Assembly (NCBI GenBank): GCA_963817895.1
Contig: CAWFQB010000002.1
Location: forward strand, 288,001-352,000
Direction: 5' to 3'
DNA length: 64,000 nt
DNA from: an uncultured Chthonomonadaceae bacterium
Lineage (GTDB): Bacteria > Armatimonadota > Chthonomonadetes > Chthonomonadales > Chthonomonadaceae
Within the stretch, counting starts at the first letter, position 1. Each line of letters starts with the position of its first letter. The notes below the pieces were generated by a model that made no database searches, had not been told where the DNA came from, and saw only the letters and a list, made by a program, of their open reading frames with translations. A program made the translations under genes and the position numbers. Of the stretch, positions 48,183 to 58,248 are shown piece after piece.

Positions 48183-48893
48183 ATGTCCTGCACAGAACGG
48201 CTGACCCATTCCGCCTTCACACTTATCGAATTGCTCGTAGTGATTGCCATCATCGCCATATTAGCCGCGATACTATTCCCGGTTTTTGCCCAGGCGCGCG
48301 AAAAAGCGCGTTCCGCGAGCTGCCAATCCAATCTCAAACAGATGGGTATCGCGGCCATGATGTACACGCAGGACAATGACGAAACCATGATGTGCTACGT
48401 CAACAGCACCAGCAACTACTGGCCCAATGCCATTGCGCCCTATGTCAAAGCCCGCCAGATCTGGTATTGTCCCGACTTTCCCCGCAATACGGGCGCTCCC
48501 TCCGCCAACAGCACCACGTATGGCGCGAACCCCAATGTCGTCAACAGCATCAATGGTACGCCGACGCCGCTTATTCTGGCGTCCTACAACCGTCCCTCGG
48601 AACTGCTCTGGATCGCGGATTCCGAAGACTCGACGCCGCTCAAAACACAGTACGGTTGCTCCGGGTTTCAGGCAGGATTTGTCAGCCTGTACGATCCGAA
48701 CGCGCAGGCCACCAAGACCACGACCTGCGCCAAATATCTGACCACAACAGGCGGCATAGACGCGCGGCACACCGGGGGCGCGAATCTGCTGTTCCTCGAT
48801 ACGCACGTCAAATGGTGGAAGCAAGGCCCTATCGTCAAATTGGAAACCGACGCTTCGCACCCGGTTGATGTGTGGGGACATTGGAGCCTGTAA
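48183..48893 (+). CDS. Prepilin-type N-terminal cleavage/methylation protein (DUF1559, H-X9-DG-like C-terminus)
   Basis: [56 protein letters not shown]. Confidence 0.92.
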   Translation: MSCTERLTHSAFTLIELLVVIAIIAILAAILFPVFAQAREKARSASCQSNLKQMGIAAMMYTQDNDETMMCYVNSTSNYWPNAIAPYVKARQIWYCPDFPRNTGAPSANSTTYGANPNVVNSINGTPTPLILASYNRPSELLWIADSEDSTPLKTQYGCSGFQAGFVSLYDPNAQATKTTTCAKYLTTTGGIDARHTGGANLLFLDTHVKWWKQGPIVKLETDASHPVDVWGHWSL

Positions 48894-48942
48894 CATGCTT
48901 TCAACTTCAGTATTCAGGTGTTCGGTGTTCGGGGGAAGCGCA

Positions 48943-49845
48943 ATGATGAAAGGGAGTAAGGGAGTGGGGACGACTCTGTTTATGCTGCTTGTCAGCGTGA
49001 TTTCCGCCGTTGCCCCTCCTGCCGTTGCGCAGGAGAAAGGGGCGCAGGAAAAGCCGATGCCGCGCAAAATGGTACGAATCGCTCTTGTTTCGGATTCCCA
49101 TACGACGCGGGGTACGGCGGAAGATCAGCCGCTTTATAAAGGCCATCTGGATCAGGTGATTGCGGATGTGAACAAGACGGGGGTGGATGTGGTGCTGATC
49201 GCGGGCGACCTGACGCAGGGCGGCAAGCCGGAAGAGCGGGAGGATTTCAAGGCGCAGATCAAAGGCTTTACCGCGCCTGTCCTGTTTGTTCCGGGCAACC
49301 ATGATGTGGGCGGCAAGCACGAGGCGGGCAAACCGGGCGGCGTCACCGCAAAGCGCGAGGAAACGTTTGAGCAGGCGTTCGGCCCCTCCTTCTGGACAAA
49401 CACGCGATACGGTATCCGCCTCATCGGCATCAACAGCCCGATTTTAGGCAGCGGTCTGCCCCGTGAAACCGAGCAATGGGCGTTTCTGGAAAAAGAACTC
49501 GCCCATCCGTCCGAACTCCCCACCCTGCTCGTAACCCACTACCCGCTTTACACCAAAACCCCGGACGAACCCGGCGGCGTGTACTGGAACATAGAGCCGG
49601 AACCGCGCAAACGGCTGCGAACCCTGCTTCAGCAGGCGCATGTCAAAGCCGTCCTGTCCGGCCATCTGCACTACCCGCTCATCCTGCATGACGAAGACCG
49701 CATTTATATCTCGACGGAACCCGTCTCGTTCGGCCTGCCACGCGGCAAACAGACGCAGGGCTGGACACTCGTTACCATCGCGCCCGACGGAACCGTGACA
49801 CCAGAACCGCACAACATAATTCCGCCTGTTCCCGCTATCCATTAA
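48943..49845 (+). CDS. Secreted calcineurin-like metallophosphoesterase
   Basis: SDSH, AGDLT, PGNHD, THYP, SGHLH. Confidence 0.88.
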   Translation: MMKGSKGVGTTLFMLLVSVISAVAPPAVAQEKGAQEKPMPRKMVRIALVSDSHTTRGTAEDQPLYKGHLDQVIADVNKTGVDVVLIAGDLTQGGKPEEREDFKAQIKGFTAPVLFVPGNHDVGGKHEAGKPGGVTAKREETFEQAFGPSFWTNTRYGIRLIGINSPILGSGLPRETEQWAFLEKELAHPSELPTLLVTHYPLYTKTPDEPGGVYWNIEPEPRKRLRTLLQQAHVKAVLSGHLHYPLILHDEDRIYISTEPVSFGLPRGKQTQGWTLVTIAPDGTVTPEPHNIIPPVPAIH

Positions 49846-49868
49846 GAGTTGTCACCCATGTTGATTAC

Positions 49869-50222
49869 TCAAGAGGAAGCGGGCCGACGCAGTTGCGTTT
49901 CCACTTTTTGCAGCAAGTCCTGCAAGGCTGGGGCGCGACAGGAATCTACAATCCGTACGGTATGAACGCGCCCGTTGTCCTCCACTGTCAGGGTATGTTT
50001 CTGCATATCCACCGCGCCTGCCGGAGTTGCGCCAACCAGTGGCGGCAACGCAAAAAAGCCCGACGCCGAAACCGTCTCAATAAGGTCATTGGCGACTTCC
50101 AGCGGCAAGGTGTCGGTATCAAGAGAGCGCGGGCGGGCCAGACCGGGAAAACAGGCCAAACCGCCGCTGACGGAATGTTGGATACGCATTATCAAGTCTC
50201 CTGCACTGGTAATTTCTGTCAT
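49869..50222 (-). CDS. Emfourin-like (protealysin/M4 protease inhibitor) protein
   Basis: MRIQHSVSGGLACFPGL, FFALP, DMQKHTLTVEDNGRVHTV. Confidence 0.7.
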   Translation of the reverse strand: MTEITSAGDLIMRIQHSVSGGLACFPGLARPRSLDTDTLPLEVANDLIETVSASGFFALPPLVGATPAGAVDMQKHTLTVEDNGRVHTVRIVDSCRAPALQDLLQKVETQLRRPASS

Positions 50223-50698
50223 GTATTTTTCTGCCTTAATTTGAAATTCATCATGTAACAAGCAAGAATCCCTAATAGTAAACCGAATAAACGCCACACA
50301 TCACCGTTCATTCAGGGAACGAGCCGCCACTGCGTATGCAGAAGAACCGAGGAGTAGTGTCCATGCGTAGCCAACATTACCAATGCGTTCTCATTAGTTA
50401 TCGACCTCTACGCCCCGCCTGCCGTGTTCCCGGCCTGAACGCCACAAGCCCCTCCGATGAGAAGGGCTTGCTGACGTCCTTGCGTACTCCTGCTTAGTCG
50501 TGTATAATTGGGGTTAGGTGTTCCACATACGGGAGGCCGTATCCAATCGCCCCGTCATCATCGGTCAAGGTCAGCGTTGTACCTAAAACTGGAGATAAGA
50601 CTGGCCTTTTTGCCTGCCTGTCTGTACTGCCCGCCTGCCGTCCCCGCCTACGCTCCTAGCCTCGTGTCCTGCTCTGTGTAGCACCAAAATTTGTTAAA

Positions 50699-51496
50699 TT
50701 AATTTTGGATTAGCCGTATACGTACTAATGAACTGAGTTTGTCTATATGTTGTTCCATCTCGTGTCGTGTTCGCAGAATATGGGTGTCCGGTCTAACGTG
50801 TCCACATTCGTTTCGGAGGCGCGTATATAGCGTCTCCGCAGGGTACACCTTTCCCGTAACTACTGGAAAACGGTGGCTCGGTTCAAATGGCGTATCCGGC
50901 ATCTTATCTTGGATAAACTTGTCAACTTCTTCTTGACTTTCTTTATTCTGAGCATCTTTACATAAGATGCTCAGAATTCGGTAAAACGCTAAAAACCTAC
51001 TCTCTATATCAGGCAAAGCGAAAGCCCCATTGAAATCTTTGTAGAGTTCCTCATTTGTGTGAGAAGTCTCACTGCTCAAGAAGACAAGTTGGTCAGGCTC
51101 AAGAGTATGGACAGCAGGTTCAGAGGATATACGCGAACATTTTCCATCAACAGATAAGGTTCTTGAAATGAATATTTCCTTGAACTTTCCTGATGCAACG
51201 ACTGTATCCTCTTTCTGTGAAAGCTCAGAAATGTGATATCCGAATATAATTACTAGCCGTTCCCATGCCCGTAATGCAATTTCATTGCAAACTACGTAGT
51301 AGTCAGATCTGAATATTGCTGAAAAATCTGTCAAAGATACTTCAATGATGAGATTATTTTCCTCGCATCGGACATGAACAAGCACGTTTGAGTACCCCCC
51401 CGGCTTGTAGGATTGGGGGGCAATGTTGTGTTTCAGGGTGTCAATGATGCCAGCGTGGTAAATGACACTTCCATTGCAAATTGTAGGAACATCCAT
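50699..51496 (-). CDS. HEPN-like (MauJ/ApeA-type) protein
   Basis: RFLAFYRILS and LYTRLRNECGH (R-x4-H HEPN motif); low GC. Confidence 0.6.
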   Translation of the reverse strand: MDVPTICNGSVIYHAGIIDTLKHNIAPQSYKPGGYSNVLVHVRCEENNLIIEVSLTDFSAIFRSDYYVVCNEIALRAWERLVIIFGYHISELSQKEDTVVASGKFKEIFISRTLSVDGKCSRISSEPAVHTLEPDQLVFLSSETSHTNEELYKDFNGAFALPDIESRFLAFYRILSILCKDAQNKESQEEVDKFIQDKMPDTPFEPSHRFPVVTGKVYPAETLYTRLRNECGHVRPDTHILRTRHEMEQHIDKLSSLVRIRLIQN

Positions 51497-51620
51497 TAAT
51501 TACTCCTTTATATTCTCACCTGTCTCTACTTCCTTCTTCCGGTTCGCACTTCCCTTCGGCTTTTCGTCACTAACGCGGGTACGTTCTTGGTGCGATTCTA
51601 CGTCTGCGCGTATAATTGCC

Positions 51621-52493
51621 TTATTTCACAGTAAGGGAAAATATGCGTGTATCGAAATAGGTTATTCTGTGCAGTTGCAGGTTCTCCATACTCGTGTTTA
51701 CCATCCTTTGCAACCAGAGAGCAGCTTCTGAATAGAAGATGTATTTTGTCGCCATCTTGATAGTTCTACGATTGATTTCTTCCACTATCTGTCTGCTAGC
51801 TACATTGTAGCCATCTCTCAAATCATTGTCCCAAGTTGCATGGAGAGTTATGCTCCTAGATATTGGGCAGGTCAATTCAGATAATGGATTTCAAAATCCG
51901 ATACCCTCAGCAAAGGTAACAGGGTTGTCGCTGGTGACAAATCCCGGTTCTTCAGCATGAATGAGGAACTGCCATGTCATATCATTCAAGACATTAGTCA
52001 TTACTTCACTTTCTAAGTGCAGAAAGATGTCTGACGGTGGGTGAGAAATAGCATTTGCCTGAGCGACAATATTTTCTAAGTGAGGAAGAACTACTTTGTT
52101 GTAAACGTCTTCATCAAATTTCGACTTCATTTCTGCGGCAAGTGTAGCACTGGCAGACGCTATATGCTTCTTTCTGCGCTCCCGATGCTTTGGGACTCGT
52201 TTGAGCATGACACCTAGATAACGTGCAAAGATCAACTTTTCTTCCGCTGTTATCATTTGTTGTGCGCGTATCTTATCCAGAATAACATTAGCTGGACTCT
52301 CCACATTATTTGCTAGATGCGTCTCATATTTAGGAGTATAGAAATACCTTTCCTGAGCAACATTTTTTGTATGAGCGTCATAGGGGATTTTGCCACGTTC
52401 ATAGACCCATACACGAGGAGTTTGAGGTATACGGAAACCTTCTAGGTATTTCTGAGGAACATAATGGTGTCTTTCGGGTCTACCTTGAGCCAT
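51621..52493 (-). pseudogene. DUF4238 family protein with an in-frame TGA at 51893-51891
   Basis: HHYVPQKYLEGF, FVTSDNPV; the frame continues past the TGA as NPLSELTCPISRSITL...INRRTI. Confidence 0.7.
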
Positions 52494-52839
52494 GCAAGCA
52501 TCCTTCTATATGTCTCAATCTGCAATGAAGCATTTGTATACAAATAGACAAAACAGTTAGTCTACAAGTTTCACCGCACTGCTCCTACTTCTCCCCGTCC
52601 CTCGGATACTCCCTCGGTTTGCACGCTTCTGCCGACTGTAGAAAACAGCCGCTTCATTCCTGCCTTACCTCCAAGTATCAACCCGCGTTCAACTGCCTGC
52701 CAAATTCCCGAAATTAGAGATACCTGATATTTCGGCTGCTACGGAAATCGTGATAAGTTCATGTAAAAACTTTCCTGACGTACAAGTCTCAGAAGGCAGG
52801 CGTTCCCTTTCCTAGTTGAGGGCCAATTGGAATAGGTTC

Positions 52840-54066
52840 TTAATCATTCTCAGGAATGGCAAAAGTGATTTCCACCTCTGCGCCGGACAGGTTGCCCCCA
52901 TTCCGCCACTGAATGCCGCCACACAGGTCATGTTTAGTGAGCGTTTCGATCAGCGTGGTTCCCAGATTGCCGTGCGTGGCAACGGCAAAGTTCGGCGGCA
53001 GGCCGGGGCCATCGTCACACACCTGCAACACGCAATGCGCGTCCTGAACCCGGAACGTTACCCGTATCTGTTTCGCGCCATGCTTGCCCGCGTTCAGCAC
53101 CAGTTCGTTGGTAATCAGCGCTATCGAAGTGGCTTCCTTCACCGGCAGGTCTATCGCGTCCGAAGCCACTTCCGCCTTTAACTCCTTGCCGGACGCCGCC
53201 AGCGTCACCAGTTTTTGCAGCATCGGCTGAATGGCGACCCGATTGGCATGGTGTTCATGGCTCAAAAAGTCGTGTACGGCGGCAACCGTCCGCACCTGCT
53301 GATAAATATCGTCCAGTATCCGGGCGGGTATCTGCTCCCCATGCTCCTGCCGGTTCATATCAATCAGCGCGCCAATCGTTTGCAGGTTGTTCTTGACGCG
53401 GTGATTCGTCTCCTTTACCGCCACTTCCAGCCGATCCGCGTTTTTCGAGGCTTCTCCCAATGCCCGATGCAACGCGACCACATTCCGCCACGCCATTAGC
53501 CCCAGCAACACGCATACCACGCCCAAACCGCCCATCGTTGCCAGCGCCCCCTGCTCCCATTCGCGCACCTGCTTCCTCAGTTCGCTTGTCTGCCGCTTGA
53601 GGTCTACGCTCGCCGCCTCCATCTTGTCCAATCCCTGTTCAAACTGGACTTCGCCGGGCAAACTGCTGTCCATTGCCGTATCCTGAATCAACCTGTCGCC
53701 GTAAACGGTAAGCCACTGCTGCATTTTGCCCACGCCCGTCTGCCAGTCGGCAACCGCCTGCCCCGTCAGCGCCAACCGTGAAACCGCCTGCGCCGCCGTC
53801 TGCCACTCCTGCTTATGAAGCGTATACCGGACGGCTCTGGCTTTGTCCAGTGTAAAGGTATAGGTGTAGATGTCATTGCGCAGGCGATGCGTGGCGGCAA
53901 TAGTTTCATCAATACCCTCGTGCGCGGGAATCAATTGATTCTCGATATGGCGGTGGATCACTTCCATCTGCCACTGACTCCACACAGGAACCATCAGCAG
54001 CAGCAACAAACCCAACAGGGTAGGCATCACAGCGCCGACAATGGCGCGCGAAGAGGTTGGTTTCAT
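52840..54066 (-). CDS. Membrane sensor histidine kinase (HisKA_2/HWE type)
   Basis: Two TM segments; ETNHRVKNNLQ, NELVLNAGKHG, DDGPG, NLGTTLI. Confidence 0.9.
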   Translation of the reverse strand: MKPTSSRAIVGAVMPTLLGLLLLLMVPVWSQWQMEVIHRHIENQLIPAHEGIDETIAATHRLRNDIYTYTFTLDKARAVRYTLHKQEWQTAAQAVSRLALTGQAVADWQTGVGKMQQWLTVYGDRLIQDTAMDSSLPGEVQFEQGLDKMEAASVDLKRQTSELRKQVREWEQGALATMGGLGVVCVLLGLMAWRNVVALHRALGEASKNADRLEVAVKETNHRVKNNLQTIGALIDMNRQEHGEQIPARILDDIYQQVRTVAAVHDFLSHEHHANRVAIQPMLQKLVTLAASGKELKAEVASDAIDLPVKEATSIALITNELVLNAGKHGAKQIRVTFRVQDAHCVLQVCDDGPGLPPNFAVATHGNLGTTLIETLTKHDLCGGIQWRNGGNLSGAEVEITFAIPEND

Positions 54067-54340
54067 TAAATTTACAGCCCCACTCTCCACATGTTTCGCA
54101 GCAAGTTACACGTTCAATGCGAGACACATCAAACCATTTTGAAAATCATCGCGTTCCAGTCACTTATCGTACTTCTACAAACTTGGACAAGTGTTAATAT
54201 AGCGCCGGATGAGATTTTCTTTAGCGAAAACCCCGCTTGCTTAACTGACGACGTACAATCATAATACGTTCAAAAGCAAGCAGATAATTTTCGTATGCCG
54301 AGCTATAAAGTCGGACGCTGCCGAAACAAAGGGGTTTCTA

Positions 54341-54397
54341 TTGACTTCACTCCACGCGCAAGGTATACTAAACTATATCCGACAAGAATAGTCGGAA
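54341..54397 (+). promoter_or_regulatory. suf operon promoter with Rrf2/IscR-type operator
   Basis: TTGACT - 17 - TATACT, followed by the palindrome TCCGAC-aagaata-GTCGGA resembling the IscR type-1 site. Confidence 0.75.
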
Positions 54398-54425
54398 ACA
54401 GTTTGTGGCGGAGAACACGTTTTCG

Positions 54426-54893
54426 ATGTTAAGCATCAGCAAAAAAACCGATTACGCGCTTATGGCGCTCTCCTATCTAACGCGCATCGAACCGGGACGC
54501 GCCGCCAATACCAAAGAGATCGCGGAGCAGTACGACATTCCCGTAGAACTGCTCGCCAAAATATTGCAGCGACTGGCAAAGGAAAAAATTGTCGTGTCCA
54601 CTGCCGGCCCAACCGGAGGCTATCGTTTGGCGCGTCCGGCTGTGGAGATCAGCGTCGGCGCGATTATCGCGGTCGTGGATGGTCCGCCCGCTTTCGCGCA
54701 GTGCATGAAAGCAACCGCCAACAGTTGTGAACAGCACACAAAATGCACCATTCGCAAGCCGCTCGAACGTCTTAACGCGCGTATCCTGCAAATGCTGAAC
54801 CTGACTTCCCTCGCCGAAATCAGCGGCGACGAGACAAGCGCGACCTCGTTCCCGATAGTCGCGCAGTTAGGTCCCGCCCGACGAGCGAATTGA
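54426..54893 (+). CDS. Rrf2 family (IscR-like) regulator
   Basis: KTDYAL, EIAEQYDIP, GPTGGYRLARP, three Cys (CMKATANSCEQHTKC). Confidence 0.9.
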   Translation: MLSISKKTDYALMALSYLTRIEPGRAANTKEIAEQYDIPVELLAKILQRLAKEKIVVSTAGPTGGYRLARPAVEISVGAIIAVVDGPPAFAQCMKATANSCEQHTKCTIRKPLERLNARILQMLNLTSLAEISGDETSATSFPIVAQLGPARRAN

Positions 54894-54983
54894 CGATTTT
54901 TGATTGTGGATTGACGATTAAACATAAAGTTGTAGGGCGAATGACTTTCCCCTTACCACTTATCCCTTACGCGAGGATACCCA

Positions 54984-56433
54984 ATGACCGCTTTAGAAAC
55001 CATGGATCCCATTCAGGCTTCCATCAGCCAGGATTACAAATACGGGTTTATGTCCGACATCGAATCCGAGTTCCATCCCCAAAGGCTTGAGCGAAGATGT
55101 GATTCGACTCATCTCCTCCAAGAAGAACGAGCCGGAATGGCTGCTGGAATGGCGACTGAAAGCGTATCGCCACTGGCTCACGATGGAAGACCCGCTCTGG
55201 CACAACGTGAAAATCGCGCCCGTAGACTATCAGGAGATCATCTACTACAGCGCGCCCAAGCCCAAAAAAACGCTGAACAGTCTGGACGAGGTAGACCCGG
55301 AACTGCTGGAAATTTATGAGAAATTGGGTATTTCGCTGGGCGAACAAAAGCGATTGTCGGGCGTTGCGGTAGACGCCGTGTTCGACAGCGTTTCCGTCGC
55401 CACCACGTTCAAAGACAAACTGTACGATATGGGCATTATCTTCTGCTCGTTCAGCGAGGCCGTGCATAACCATCCCGATCTCGTCCGCGAGTATCTGGGT
55501 TCCGTCGTGCCGTATTCGGACAACTTTTTTGCCACGCTCAATTCCGCCGTGTTCAGCGACGGCTCGTTCTGCTATGTTCCCAAAGGCGTTCGCTGCCCGA
55601 TGGAGTTGTCCACGTACTTCCGCATCAACGCCGCCAACACGGGACAGTTCGAGCGGACGCTGCTGATTGCGGATGAGGGCGCGTATGTCTCCTATCTGGA
55701 GGGCTGTACGGCTCCCATGCGCGACGAAAACCAACTCCACGCGGCTGTAGTCGAACTGGTTGCCCTGAAAGGCGCGACGATCAAGTACAGCACCGTGCAG
55801 AACTGGTATCCCGGCGACAAGAACGGCAAGGGCGGCATTTACAACTTCGTCACCAAGCGCGGCAAAGCCTTCGAGAACGCCAAACTGACATGGACGCAGG
55901 TAGAAACCGGCTCGGCCATTACGTGGAAGTACCCAAGTTGTATCCTGCTCGGCGACAACGCGGTGGGCGAATTTTACAGCGTCGCGCTGACCAACAACTA
56001 TCAGCAGGCCGATACCGGCACGAAGATGGTACACATCGGCAAGAACACGCGCAGCACCATTGTCAGCAAGGGCATTTCAGCAGGCAAAGGCCAGAACACG
56101 TATCGCGGACTGGTACGCATCAATTCCGGCGCGGAAAACGCCCGCAACTATTCGCAGTGCGACAGTCTGCTCATCGGCGACCGGTGCGGGGCGCATACCT
56201 TCCCGTATATTGAGGTGAAGAACCCGACCGCGCAGGTGGAACACGAAGCTTCCACGTCCAAAATCGGCGAGGACCAGATTTTCTACTGCAACCAGCGCGG
56301 CATCTCCAACGAGGACGCCGTGAACATGATCGTGAACGGCTTCTGCAAAGAAGTGTTTCGCGAACTCCCGATGGAATTCGCCGTCGAAGCGCAGAAGTTG
56401 TTAGGCATCAGTCTGGAGGGCAGCGTCGGTTAA
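54984..56433 (+). CDS. sufB: Fe-S cluster assembly protein SufB (apparent frameshift at about 55073)
   Basis: YKYGF...(PKGL)[41 protein letters not shown]. Confidence 0.95.
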
Positions 56434-56444
56434 AGGAGATTGCA

Positions 56445-56867
56445 ATGCCATATCCCGAAGAACGCGCGACACTGCATCGTCTCATCAGAGAAGGACATGC
56501 AACGCTTGAAGACGAGCCTCTGCTTCTCGCAATCTATTATGCCTCGCAGATAGTTGCCGATGAAGAATGTTTGTTTGAAGTGGCTCGTAACTTTGGCGAC
56601 AATGACATCAGCGATGACCGTGAGATTTTCCAGATTCAGTTTAACCCGAGTGCTGGGCTTCCTTTAGCGCAGGGACATCGTCTGCGTCTTCTGCTGACGA
56701 ACAGCGTTGAGATGCGTCAGGCGCTTGGGCAACAATGGCCGCAAATTCAGGATTTACAGGCAGCGATTCAGAGCGGCGAGTACAGCATCTTGTTCCTGCG
56801 CGAAGCAGATGCCGAGGCGCAATGGTTTGCGGACGCTTTGACATTGCCGCAGGCGGTAGCAGCGTGA
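56445..56867 (+). CDS. Hypothetical protein, possible degenerate MNT-fold antitoxin
   Basis: 140 aa, AAGGAG RBS, GTGA overlap with the downstream HEPN gene; no intact GS-x10-DxD motif. Confidence 0.6.
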   Translation: MPYPEERATLHRLIREGHATLEDEPLLLAIYYASQIVADEECLFEVARNFGDNDISDDREIFQIQFNPSAGLPLAQGHRLRLLLTNSVEMRQALGQQWPQIQDLQAAIQSGEYSILFLREADAEAQWFADALTLPQAVAA

Positions 56868-57406
56868 GGCAATCTGAAGCTTGGCTGCTGCAAATTGCCT
56901 CGGATTTCGCGGCGGCTGAACTGTTGTTTCAGAACATGCAGACAAATCCTGTACTGCGTTGTCAGGCATTAGCAAAATATCAACAGGTAGTAGAAAAGTC
57001 CGTAAAGGCGATGGTTCCGGCTGTTGAGGAACTTGGCATTCGTTTTATGACCGTAACGCGCGATCATGTTCCCGCAAAGGAAATAGACGCTCTTTTAAGT
57101 TTACGGCAGGCTATTCGTAACACGGCAGCCGATTACCTTGCGGAGAAAGTGCTGACGCGCAGGCGCAAATCACAAATACTTGCCCTGTGTCGATTGGCTC
57201 CGCAGTATCCTGTACCCGGGCAGGCATTTCTAAAGAATACGGAGTACCCATTCAATTCATCAGAATTCGATTTAACGATATGGACTGCGCCTGCTGCCAT
57301 GTCTGAATTCTCAGAAGAGGAAGTTCAAGCCGCCCGTGAACTTGCATGGACACTTATGCGCCATGTGAAGAAGTTTGTTTCAAGTGTGCGGCGGGGACGT
57401 TTGTAA
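56864..57406 (+). CDS. HEPN domain protein
   Basis: WLLQIASDFAAAELL...QQVVEKSVKAM...DH...EYP, the HEPN pattern (W..QA..D, QQAVEKALKA, H, YP). Confidence 0.7.
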   Translation: MRQSEAWLLQIASDFAAAELLFQNMQTNPVLRCQALAKYQQVVEKSVKAMVPAVEELGIRFMTVTRDHVPAKEIDALLSLRQAIRNTAADYLAEKVLTRRRKSQILALCRLAPQYPVPGQAFLKNTEYPFNSSEFDLTIWTAPAAMSEFSEEEVQAARELAWTLMRHVKKFVSSVRRGRL

Positions 57407-57447
57407 AAACGCTTTAGCCAACCAGACTTAGGTAGGAAGGTTTGATA

Positions 57448-58233
57448 ATGACGATGCTGGAAATCCGCAACCTCAAGGCGAGGGCGGGCGACAAAGAGAT
57501 TTTGAAGGGCATTGACCTAACCGTAAACGCGGGCGAAGTCCATGCGATTATGGGCCTGAACGGGTCGGGCAAAAGTACCCTTGCCAGTGTGCTGGCGGGC
57601 AAAAACTCCTATACCGTTACGGACGGCGAAGCGCTGTTTGAAGGCGAAGATTTGCTGGAAATGGACCCGGAAGACCGGGCGCGGGCGGGCGTGTTTCTCG
57701 CCTTTCAGTACCCTGTGGAACTGCCGGGCGTCAACAACACCTATTTCCTCAAAGCCGCTCTCAACGCAATCCGTAAAGAACGCGGCGAGGAACCCCTTGA
57801 CGCAATGGACTTCATGAAACTGGTCAAGCAGAAATTAAAAGTGCTGGATATTGACCAGAGCCTGTTGCAGCGTCCCGTCAACGAGGGCTTTTCCGGCGGC
57901 GAAAAGAAGCGCAACGAAATTTTCCAGATGGCGGTACTCGATCCCAAACTGGCGATTCTGGACGAAACCGATTCCGGACTGGACATTGATGCCCTGCGCG
58001 CGGTGGGCGAAGGCGTCACAAAACTGAAATCGCCGGAACGCGCCGTAATCGTGATTACGCACTATCAGCGCCTGCTCAACTACATCGCGCCCGACTTCGT
58101 GCATGTCCTGATGGATGGGCGCATTGTCCGTTCGGGTGGCCCGGAACTCGCCCTGCGCCTGGAAACCGAAGGCTACAACTGGCTGGAAGACGAGATGAAG
58201 CGCGAGACGTCCTTAGTCGGCGCGGGAGCGTAG
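57448..58233 (+). CDS. sufC: Fe-S cluster assembly ATPase SufC
   Basis: GLNGSGKST, FLAFQYP, GFSGGEKKRNE, LDETDSGLD, ITHYQRLL. Confidence 0.96.
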   Translation: MTMLEIRNLKARAGDKEILKGIDLTVNAGEVHAIMGLNGSGKSTLASVLAGKNSYTVTDGEALFEGEDLLEMDPEDRARAGVFLAFQYPVELPGVNNTYFLKAALNAIRKERGEEPLDAMDFMKLVKQKLKVLDIDQSLLQRPVNEGFSGGEKKRNEIFQMAVLDPKLAILDETDSGLDIDALRAVGEGVTKLKSPERAVIVITHYQRLLNYIAPDFVHVLMDGRIVRSGGPELALRLETEGYNWLEDEMKRETSLVGAGA

Positions 58234-58248
58234 GAGAAAGCAAAAATT

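Noticed and set aside
50300..50698. Structured ncRNA or tRNA in the long intergenic region
   Set aside because: Only a short hairpin (caagccc...gggcttg) was seen; no tRNA, riboswitch or other RNA consensus was recognisable by eye. An Infernal/Rfam scan would settle it.
55060..55095. Programmed frameshift or intein in sufB
   Set aside because: A single extra base at a short run, in a window with many similar indels; the corrected SufB is of normal length with no intein motifs.
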